Position numbers and translations under genes: made by a program
Origin: Marsupella aquatica
Lineage: Eukaryota > Plantae > Marchantiophyta
Direction of reading: 5' to 3'
DNA: 64,000 bases
Assembly (NCBI GenBank): GCA_973895155.1
Contig: OZ316892.1
Span: 16,978,357-17,042,356 of the forward strand
Shown: one piece after another, positions 11,346 to 20,275 of the stretch
How the letters are laid out: each line of letters opens with the position of its first letter
Numbering within the stretch: the stretch's first letter is position 1
The notes under the pieces: model-generated
What the model was told of the DNA's origin: nothing
The model's input: the letters and a program-made list of their open reading frames with translations, nothing else
Databases searched by the model: none

Positions 11346-11954
11346 ATTTCATGGTTTGGTTTAGGGTATTATATTAGATAAGTTATATAAGTTAGATAAG
11401 TTATATATATGTCAAAACTATGAGTACATGGAACTAATAACTATAAATGAGTAATTGAGAGAGTGTCCGCACCTGATATGGTCGTGAAGGCTGACCTGGA
11501 TCCTGCTAAGCGGTGGGCGATGGTACTGCCTCAGGTGGAATTTGAGCTGCCTCCGCTTCTCGCCATGACCAAAGCTCTTGAACCACGGGTCGCACTCGAT
11601 CGAGCAGCCATGTCACAACGGTAGAGTGTGTTGTGTCTGGTCCAAGCAAGCCTCGGAGGTCCTCCCACTCATCCCACCGTTCAAGTGGGACCCGGATTTC
11701 TGGCTTGGCATCCGGTCTCCGTCTCTTCTTGTAATCTATATCATCACTCGGATAACGTTGTCTAGGTGGACCCCCTCCCCTTGGGCGACTTTTCCGCCTC
11801 CCATCTGGGAGATCCGGGGGCTGACCCCCGGTGCTCATAGAACCCTACCCTAACCCTAACCCTAACCTCTAAGAAAATACCCCTAACCTCTACAACATAG
11901 ACCGAATGCCAAGCCAAACCCGGTAAAACAAAAAATAAATTGACAAAAATAAAT

Positions 11955-14051
11955 TGTGGTGCGACCCATGGCTCCCTAAACCCAAGAAACCCCCCAGCTC
12001 AAGCCGATTCCCGCAGGTTTCGTGCTTGGCGAGGCCGTTTCCGCGGCTTAGCGGCATGGGACGCTGCTAACCTTCTACTACTACTATTAACATTTTACAC
12101 ACATATACTGGACAGATCCTTCATCGGGTCATGAGATACGTAGCCGGCCTAATATAGGCCTTCCCCTGTCTTCCCCTGTCTTCCCCTCCGTCTTGTTAGG
12201 TATGTTTGGATTCCGCCGCCGGAATGATCCCCAATAGGCTTGGTTAAGCCGCTAAGACCTCTCTCAGCTCGACACATCCAACTCTCACTCCCCTGCTTAC
12301 TTTCCTTCCTTCTGTTGATGTGGGCACTCTTCACACAAGTTAATGCGACACACAAATAGCAAAATGACTCATTCTGACTGAGTCATACCATGCACTTGCC
12401 ATACAAACAGTACATCTCATACACAAGTTCTGCGAACTAAGCCGTGAGGCCAACTCTATTCAGCTCTTAGGCATGAGGAAACATGAATATACACAAGGGT
12501 CACTGTATGACTAACCGAGAGCTTCTCGTACTACTTGATCCCAGCCCGGCTGGTGCAAACTAAAAACTTGCTAAAGAAGAGGCCCTGAGCTCCCCGCTGC
12601 CCAGGTACTTATCCTGGTAGTGGATCCGCCATTCTTTGCATCGTAAGCCTAATCTACTTAACAGTAATCTACTTGCCCGAATCTACCTATGTACAGCAAG
12701 GCAGGAGCACAAGTGTTGCTCCTACCAGTGGGACCGCAATCCCACTAAGCTAAGTGTCAGGGCCGCTCCTGGTTCTGATCCTAATCCTAAACGTGGAGAT
12801 CCGCGCCCGCCCTGCCCACTCACGCCTCCTCCCTCCACGTCCGCCCTCCCTAAAAGGAACGGCGCCCTTGCACCGTCACGACACCGGTGGTGGATCCTCA
12901 ATGGACGCCCCCAACACTTCCTCCTCAGCCACTGCCGTTGGCCCGCCTACTGACAGATTACCTGCCCTTGACCGAGTCAACTCTCCATCGGCCTGACTGG
13001 GTCCACCTTCGGCTTCAGCCATGGTAATCTTACAAAGGCCTCCAAGACGGATCCGGCCATGAAGCCTTGGTACTTCTTGGTCTGCATGGCTGTAAAGCAT
13101 GCATCCTCCTCCCGTGCAAAATGTAGTTGCACCTCCACCGGTAGGGTTGCCGCCCAGCCCTTCCAGGTGTCATCCCTGGTTGGAATGGCCTTGATGGGAT
13201 CGACCTCCTCCTCTTCGGCTTCTCCCTGCCTCCTGCTCTGCTGCTCGGCTGGCTTCTTTGGTGCCGCCGACCTCGTTCTTTTTGCCGGGGTGGCTTCATC
13301 GTTGACGGCTCCCTTCCTCTTCATCTCTGCTGCCGTGGAGGTTTCTCCTAGCACCGTTGCCTGGGTCCACCTTTCCGTGCTACCCTTTAATTCCCAGTGT
13401 ATGTCGTTGCAGTTCTTGATGGCCTCTCGGATGCCGACGACGCTGTCTTTGCAAAACAAAAGATCGTCGAGTTGATTGGAAGTAGGCGTCCACAAGAACT
13501 CGTCCTTGATGAGTTCGCCTCCTAAGAAAGCCGTCTTTTGCAGCTCCCACAATCGAGCGAGCTCCTGCCGTTCTCGAGCTGCCCTTTCTGACTCCTCGTC
13601 CTCGTAAGTCTTGATGTACTCAGTTGCCCGTTCGAACAGGCATCCCCAGAAATGTGCCGCTTGATTGACGTTGCTCATACCCTCCTTAGGTTGATCGTCG
13701 GTATCTACTCTCTCCCCGAGTGCTTGCCTAAGCAGCTGACAGTAGTTGGCCTCCTGTAGTCGTCTACCTAGTTCGTGCTCGCAAATGAGCCACCATCTCC
13801 TGCAAGCGCTCCTTACCCCTCTCCTCTGCCGGTCCTTCTTCCCGTTGATCCTTCCTAGCCGCCGACGCTTAACGCGCCCAAACCCTAATCGGGTTTTCAC
13901 CCTCAGCCTTACCTCCGGCCTCTGCCCGGGTTCCATGGTTGCCCCTAATTGTTTATATTTTCCTTGTTTTGTCACTATACTAAGGTGTTCCTAGGGTGCC
14001 TTCCTGCTTTACCCACTTAACCGGCCGAGTGATTCCTGTCTAGGCATCACA
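11955..14051 (-). repeat. gypsy 3' LTR (2097 bp)
   Basis: Copy of 20276-22372 at offset 8321 with at least 8 substitutions found by eye. A PPT-like TTAAGTGGGGAGCTA abuts it (14052-14066, - strand). Confidence 0.95.
12977..13936 (-). CDS. LTR-encoded orphan protein (319 aa from the ATG at 13936; 332 aa from the upstream GTG), 3' LTR copy
   Basis: Open in both LTRs. Arg/Lys-rich N-terminus, helical charged middle, bipartite-NLS-like KRKGAVNDEATPAKRTR, no transmembrane stretch. 5 of 6 coding differences between the LTRs are synonymous. Confidence 0.7.
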   Translation of the reverse strand: MEPGQRPEVRLRVKTRLGFGRVKRRRLGRINGKKDRQRRGVRSACRRWWLICEHELGRRLQEANYCQLLRQALGERVDTDDQPKEGMSNVNQAAHFWGCLFERATEYIKTYEDEESERAARERQELARLWELQKTAFLGGELIKDEFLWTPTSNQLDDLLFCKDSVVGIREAIKNCNDIHWELKGSTERWTQATVLGETSTAAEMKRKGAVNDEATPAKRTRSAAPKKPAEQQSRRQGEAEEEEVDPIKAIPTRDDTWKGWAATLPVEVQLHFAREEDACFTAMQTKKYQGFMAGSVLEAFVRLPWLKPKVDPVRPMES

Positions 14052-17000
14052 TAGCTCCCCACTTAATTGTGAAGCGTCCTCGCGAACAACTTCATCTTCG
14101 TCCATATAGTATTTCTTGAGGCGGTCATAATGGATGCGAACTGGATATACCTCTCCCGTAATGTTGGCCAATTGCACGGAGCCATTGGGGAACATCATGG
14201 TTACTCTAAAGGGTCCTAACCAGCGAGTGTAAAGCTTTCCTGGAAACCTACTATACCTACTGTCATAAAGTAGCACAAGATCACCGGTATGAATACTAAC
14301 TACTTTTAACCTTTTATCATACTGCTGCTTCATGATATTCTGTCTATATTCTACTCTCTCGGCTGAAATCATTCTCGTTTCCTCTAAAGCTTCTAACCTA
14401 TATTCTCGCTCCTTTAGGCTCTCCTCCGCTGAGGCTCTTTCCTCAATTGTAACTTGAAATGTCGGTATCTCAAGTTGCATGGGTACCAGGGCTTCTTGTC
14501 CAAAGGTTAAGAAGAAGGGTGTGTGACCGGTAGTGGATTTATAGGCCAGATTGTAAGCAAAAACAGCAGCAAACAATTTATCATCCCAATCGAGTTTGTT
14601 CTGAGCTACTGTCTTGTTCAATATCTTTCCTATGATTCCGTTTGCTCGTTCTGTCAACCCGTTTGCCTTTGGATGGTAGGGAGTAGTAGGCCTATGTTTA
14701 ACTAAATACTGCTCATTTAAACGACTAATTATATCATTCAAAAAATGGGTTCCTCTATCACTAACTAATTCTAGGGGTGCTCCATACCTGGTGAAGATCT
14801 GCTCATACATGAATCTAGCCGTAGTAATTGCATCATCCTTCGTTGTTGGTCTGGCCTCTACCCATTTAGTTGCATAATCCGTAGCCAGGATTATGTACTT
14901 GTTCCGTCGAGGGTGGGTCAGTGGTTTCAGAGGTCCAATGTAATCAATACCCCACTTCTCGAATGGTGCCAGAGGTAGAATAGGGTGCAGTGGATGCCTG
15001 GTGGACGCCCTTGGTCCTCCCGCTCGTTGACAAGGATCGCATTGTTTGATAAACTGATAGACATCTTTGTGCAAGGTGGGCCACCAGTAACCGGCATTTA
15101 ATATCTTCTTAGACGTGGTTACTGGGGCAAAATGTCCTCCGGCCTCCTCTCCATGCATGGCCCGTAGGACTCGTTTTACCTCTCTCTTCTCCAAACACCT
15201 TTGAATCGTGCCGTTGATTCCATGCTTGTGCAGTATGCCTTTAATGCACTGATACTGTCTGACCTTCCGCACAAAGACTGCGGCTTGCTCTCGGCTTAAT
15301 CCTGGCTGTAATCTGGAAGTGCTGAGAAATTGTAAAATCTCAGGGTACCATGTACCAGCTATTTCCACAACGAATAGCTCCTCGTCGGGGAATCGATCAT
15401 TGATGCAATCCGTGGCAGGTTTACCTGTGATCCTTGAAAAGAAGTCGACATTGGCATGTAACTTTCCTGGCTTGATCCTCAGCTCATAGTCAAACTCCTG
15501 TAATAGCAAAATCCATCTTGCTACTCTGCCTGTAAGGTCCGGCTTATTGACTAGGTACTTCAAACTTTCATGATCAGTATGAAAGATTACCTTGTACCCT
15601 AGTAAATAATGCCTAAACTTTTTACAAGAATAAATGACTCCTAATGCTTCTCTTTCCGTGGTAGAGTAGTTCCGTTCGGCATCAGCAAGCTGACGGCTTG
15701 CGAAGTATATGGGATGGTCCCTTCCTTTCTCATCTAACTGACTTAGTACTGAGCCAATACAGAAGCCCGAGACATCTACAAAAACATGAAAATCTTTGTT
15801 CCAGTCCGGTGCTATCATGACTGGGGCCTCTACTAACATCTGCTTCAATTCTACCACCGCTGTGACTCGTTCGGGTGTGGGTTCGAAGTCTGCTCCTGCC
15901 TTGAGCATATTGGTTAATGGTAAAGCTAGCTTGGCAAAATCCTTGATGAACCGGCGATAGTAACCAATGCATCCCAAGAAGGATCTTACATCCTTTATGT
16001 TCTTAGGTTGCATGATATCTAGCCATACTGCTAGCTTACCTTTGTCAATCTCAATGCCCTTCCTTGATACCTTGTGACCTAGTAGCACCCCCTCGGTTAC
16101 TGCAAAAAAACATTTATCTGGGTGTAACTTGAGACCCACCTCTCTACATCTCATGAAGGTTTTCCTGAGGTATTTAGCATGTTTCGATGCCTTCCCGAAT
16201 ACTGCAAAGTCATCAATGAAGATTTCCATGAACTTTCTCAAGTAATCATGAAAAATGTTCACCATTAATCGTTGGAACATAGCTGGTGCGTTGCAGAGTC
16301 CAAACGGCATACGATTGAAGACATAGATCCCCCATTCCGTGATGAAGGCCGTCTTGATTTGGTCTTCTTGCCGAATCCTGATTTGGTTATAACCAGAGTA
16401 TCCATCCATGAATGAATATAGTTCATGACTGGCTACCATGTCTAGTACCATATCAGTAAACGGTAAAGGAAAATGGTCTTTTAATGTTGCTTCATTCAGC
16501 TTCCTGTAATCCTGACAAACCCGGATCTTCGGTTTACCATCGGGTCCAGCTTTCTTGGGAACTATCACAATTGGAGACACCCAGTCTGAATGCAGGACTG
16601 GAGTGATGAATCCAGCTTCCACTAGTTTGTCGATTTCTGTTTTGACCAGCAGGGAATACTTCGGGTTCATCCTTCGAATTGGTTGTCGAAATGATTTGGC
16701 TCCTAACATGAGATCAATTCGATGTTCCCCTAGTGTTGGATCTACTCCCTTTAGATCTTGGTGACTCCATGCAAACACATCCTGAAATTCAATCAATAAG
16801 TCACTGATCTCTTTCTCGAGCTCAGGTGCTAGGTTTCTCCCTAAGTTCAGTTCTCTTCCCTCTCCTAAGTCGAGCTTCCGATATTGCCGTGCTTGGATCA
16901 TATTAATCTGCTTCTTCAAATTCGGGTCCAGTTCGGCTTCCAGTCTCTCTAATCTCATACCTCCATAAACTGGGATCTCGGCTGGACTAGCCGAGTCGGT

Positions 17001-17282
17001 CCCTTCCTTGGTGTCCATAGATTGTCCCCTTACCGGTCTATTCGGTTTTGAATTAGTGGTCGGCTCCCCTTCCTGCCTTGGCTCTGGATCGTGTCTGTCC
17101 ATCTCATCCACCTCTTGCTCCTGAGAGTTAGGCCGCTGTGCTCTCTCGGCTTCTTATAGGGCCTCAATTTGTTCTGCCCTCGTAATCGGCTTGTATGCCG
17201 ATCCCTTGGTATTTAATTCCTTGCCGATGATCGATGGCGTTGTGGACCCCGTCGGCTCTGCCACAACGCCTGCGGAAAATCC
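14040..17282 (-). CDS. gypsy Pol (RT-RNase H-integrase), reached by a -1 frameshift; TAA at 17154-17156 interrupts the transframe linker in this copy
   Basis: WVSPIVIVPKK, DYRKLN, MPFGLCNAP, FIDDF, FVDVSG, YSTTERE, GHF..CDPC, WGIDYIGP, SDRGTHF, ANGLTER, WLGPF. The stop codon lies inside the 3' LTR. Confidence 0.92.
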
Positions 17283-20206
17283 ACTGTCCCTGCTACTGCT
17301 CCCCACTTAGCCGTTTCATCCAATTGGTCTACATCCTTAACTTCCTCCGGAATTGCAGCTAAAAAGGTGGATTCTATTGTAAAGCAGTCCTCGACCTCTT
17401 CGTCTTCTTCTTCCAAGTCACCTTCCATTGGTTCTTGCCATAATCCGCTGGGGGGTACCTCTGGTCCAAAGACACCTTCTTCGGTTAGGTTAGTGAGGCA
17501 TTCTAACCAACGTACTTCATCGGCTGACTCCAGTCCACTATCGTACCCATCTACTTCCCTTATGCTTTTCCTACGGTCATCCTTAGTGTCCCAGGATACC
17601 GTGATAGAGGGGGTCCCGAAAGTGAACTGCTTTTTACCCCAATCTTCTATTACCTCGGCTAGGTACAGCCATGGCCTACCAATCAATAGCCGGAATGACG
17701 TAGGATTTACCGGCTTCATCACTACATAGTTAATGCTAAAGAAGATACCTCCTATCTCTGTCTTGATGCCGGTTAACACTCCCGTCGGAATGACCTGATA
17801 TCCATTGGCCATGTTCAACACTCTTCCAGTCATCTCCGGTGTTAGACCCCACCCTTTTGCTGTTGAATCAATCATAATACATACCCCTGATCCTCCATCG
17901 ATGGGTACCCGTAGTAATAATTCTCCTTGAATCATTAATGGTAATGCTGGGGCTCCTTGATCTTCTTCTATCATTAGTACGTCGGATCTGGTTGCTACCT
18001 TGGGTAATCTCGGCTTGCCGAGAATAGCCTTCCTTAATTGCTTCCGGAAGTACGGGCTATTTTTCAATAGTTGACCTACTGTTGCCGAGACTCTAGATTC
18101 TAGTACATCTTTAGCCAGGTCATAGGGAACAATCGGCTTCTCTTCTGGTGGTGTTTCTGTCTTGGATTCGGCCAGTTTTGCCACGCTAGTCTCCACAGCT
18201 GTTGGGTCTTCCGAAGCAAACAATGCTTTTGCTCGTTTTACATCCTTGGCAATGGCTTCGGTATTCTCCAGGGTTTCTAATTCTCTTAGTTGTTCCTTAA
18301 CACTAGCCGTAACAGAGGGGTAGAACAACTTAGGATGATCTCGATTGAAGTCGCTATCTTGTGAAGGATTGGTTTCACTGGTGGGCTCATGGCTTACCTG
18401 TATTGCCGGAGCCCTCCCTTCTCCTTTTGTTGATGTTGACGAAGAGTCGATCCTTTCCTCCGTAACCTTCCCTTTATTTTTGGCCAGCCCATCCCACCTT
18501 TCCTTCCTTCTGGTAGATCGAGTAGAGACCCGGTAGCAATCATGATCTAAATCCTCCTCTGAGAAGGTTGATAGGGCTTCGGCCTCATCATCAGATGGTA
18601 CGAACTCTGCCTCGGCATCCTCTTGCCATCCTAGTTCGATGTGGTTGATTTGAACTCCTCCGGGGGTAGTACCTGGCGGTAAGATCTTGATCGGCAAAAG
18701 CTTATGATTTGCGGCCAGGCCTGCCAACCAAGTAGGACATTGCCCTAGCATATGACCTTCCTGTCGGCATCCCATACATAGCTGAGCTGGTTGTCCATCA
18801 CCCTGTTTGCGTGCATTCGGGCATTCTCTAGCAAAATGGCCAGGTTGACCACAATTATAGCACGCCGCAAATCTTTGCACATTCGGCCTAGGAGGTACTG
18901 ACGGGTTCTGAATAATCTGAGGATACATCTCTCCTGGATTGTTCCTTAACCCTGACCACAGAGATGCAGGTCTGTTGGATAGGTCTCGTGCTCCAGTCTC
19001 ACTGATGCCGAAAACACTATCAGCGGCATCTCCCAAAAAGTACTCTACTTCTCCCTGACATGGTCTGATCTCGGCCACATGCCGAACATGATTAGTATTA
19101 AGCTTAGAACACGCATCTTTATGGTGTCCGGTTTTATAACATAAGGCACACCATACAGAGCTATCCTCCTGTACTACCTTCTTCTTTGGTTTTACCTCTG
19201 CAATGATAGCCTTAAGTTGCTCGGTAAGGGCTACGATGTTATCTGGTGGCTTAGCCTCCATCTTGACTTTCGTCTTCCCTCTCCTTCTACCCTTCCTTTT
19301 CCTAGTTTTTTCTTCTTCAGAACTAGAAGATGACTCACTCTTGCTACTCCCACTATCCGAGCTTGACTTATCACTTCTAGACTTCTTGGAATGTTTCTTC
19401 TTCTTATCTTTTTTCTTATGGGGTGATCCCTCCTCTGATGAGGAACTCTCAGACTTAAGCTGTTTCTTCCGGCTTGTGATATCTGCATTAATGTATAATT
19501 GAATATCCTTAATTGCTTCGGCTAAAGTCTCCGGGTTCTCCTTCCTAATTGCAAAACTCATCTTCTGTGGCAAAGCATTCACCAACCATTGAAGTTGCAT
19601 ACCTTCAGATGCATTGGTCTTTGTACGTCTTACCAGTTTCTGAAAGCGTTGCAAGAACTTCCTGAAGGATTTGTTCTCCTTGAACCGAAGTTGTCCCAAC
19701 TTCAGCACTGCTAGTTCTGAAGTTCCAATGGGTCGAAACTCCTTAACAAAGAGTGTTTTGAAGATATCCCAGATGGCTTGATCTTCCACATCTAATGCTC
19801 TGTACCAAGGCCTAGCCTCACCCTTGAACAGGCCGGGAAGAATCTGCATCTTGATGGCCGATTCTCCATTTGCTGCAGCGGTTCCCTCGAAATCATCCAA
19901 CCATTCGTCCGGATCCTCATCTCCTCTCCCATGAAATGCCTTGTAATGTATGCGCGACCGCTGGCTCAATCTGGTCCCTGGCCTCTCGTCTGGCCGTGCC
20001 TCTGGTTCCCCCATGTCGGTTGGAGACTCACTTCTCCTTACCGACTCTTCTTCTGGTATGTCTTCTTCGACGCCACTTCCAGTTTCGGAGCTACCAGCTC
20101 TTTCTGCCCCTCTTAGTCGCTGTGTATCATGCCACCCGGCGAGCTGCTGCAGTCGAGCTCTCTCCCGTTGAATCACTCTTTCTTCCCTCGGCGTAAGGTC
20201 AGTCAT
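17213..20206 (-). CDS. gypsy Gag-protease (997 aa; three CCHC knuckles, aspartic protease)
   Basis: FHGRGDEDPDEWL capsid motif; CALCYKTGHHKDAC, CYNCGQPGHFAREC and CMGCRQEGHMLGQC; VPIDGGSGV and LLIGRPWL protease motifs. Confidence 0.93.
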   Translation of the reverse strand: MTDLTPREERVIQRERARLQQLAGWHDTQRLRGAERAGSSETGSGVEEDIPEEESVRRSESPTDMGEPEARPDERPGTRLSQRSRIHYKAFHGRGDEDPDEWLDDFEGTAAANGESAIKMQILPGLFKGEARPWYRALDVEDQAIWDIFKTLFVKEFRPIGTSELAVLKLGQLRFKENKSFRKFLQRFQKLVRRTKTNASEGMQLQWLVNALPQKMSFAIRKENPETLAEAIKDIQLYINADITSRKKQLKSESSSSEEGSPHKKKDKKKKHSKKSRSDKSSSDSGSSKSESSSSSEEEKTRKRKGRRRGKTKVKMEAKPPDNIVALTEQLKAIIAEVKPKKKVVQEDSSVWCALCYKTGHHKDACSKLNTNHVRHVAEIRPCQGEVEYFLGDAADSVFGISETGARDLSNRPASLWSGLRNNPGEMYPQIIQNPSVPPRPNVQRFAACYNCGQPGHFARECPNARKQGDGQPAQLCMGCRQEGHMLGQCPTWLAGLAANHKLLPIKILPPGTTPGGVQINHIELGWQEDAEAEFVPSDDEAEALSTFSEEDLDHDCYRVSTRSTRRKERWDGLAKNKGKVTEERIDSSSTSTKGEGRAPAIQVSHEPTSETNPSQDSDFNRDHPKLFYPSVTASVKEQLRELETLENTEAIAKDVKRAKALFASEDPTAVETSVAKLAESKTETPPEEKPIVPYDLAKDVLESRVSATVGQLLKNSPYFRKQLRKAILGKPRLPKVATRSDVLMIEEDQGAPALPLMIQGELLLRVPIDGGSGVCIMIDSTAKGWGLTPEMTGRVLNMANGYQVIPTGVLTGIKTEIGGIFFSINYVVMKPVNPTSFRLLIGRPWLYLAEVIEDWGKKQFTFGTPSITVSWDTKDDRRKSIREVDGYDSGLESADEVRWLECLTNLTEEGVFGPEVPPSGLWQEPMEGDLEEEDEEVEDCFTIESTFLAAIPEEVKDVDQLDETAKWGAVAGTVDFPQALWQSRRGPQRHRSSARN
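17223..17282 (-). promoter_or_regulatory. -1 programmed ribosomal frameshift signal (G_GAU_UUU plus stem-loop/pseudoknot)
   Basis: Heptamer at 17282-17276 is phased in the gag frame; 5-nt spacer; perfect stem GGCGTTGTGG/CCACAACGCC; the -1 frame equals the pol frame. Confidence 0.8.
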
Positions 20207-20253
20207 TACCTACGCTTCCGTTCTAACTTCATATCTCACGGCTTAAGAAATGC

Positions 20254-20271
20254 CCCCTCCATCTAGCGCCA
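20254..20271 (-). promoter_or_regulatory. gypsy primer-binding site, probably tRNA-Asn
   Basis: TGGCGCTAGATGGAGGGG next to the 5' LTR; complementary, with one mismatch, to the 3' end of plant tRNA-Asn(GUU) as I recall it (CCCUCCUUCUAGCGCCA). Confidence 0.75.
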
Positions 20272-20275
20272 AAAA

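Larger units (their letters stand above)
2818..11838 (-). pseudogene. Kolobok-like DDE transposase, 6 exons (11838-11473, 5166-5005, 4897-4303, 4179-3555, 3431-3280, 3170-2818), three in-frame TAG codons; intron 1 contains the copia
   Basis: Motifs RVPLERWDEWEDLRGLLG..VVTWLLDR, YLDTRWDS, IHDD, QKDLWHKAKNL, DHWAGDH and SETYHSVMGKYATKRIHF..ARLCCAAMDWNEN. All junctions are GT..AG with compatible phases. In-frame TAG at 11506-11508, 3764-3766 and 2875-2877; terminal TGA at 2818-2820. Confidence 0.8.

Noticed and set aside
12977-13975. LTR ORF as an env-like gene
   Set aside because: No signal peptide or transmembrane segment; basic and NLS-like motifs instead.
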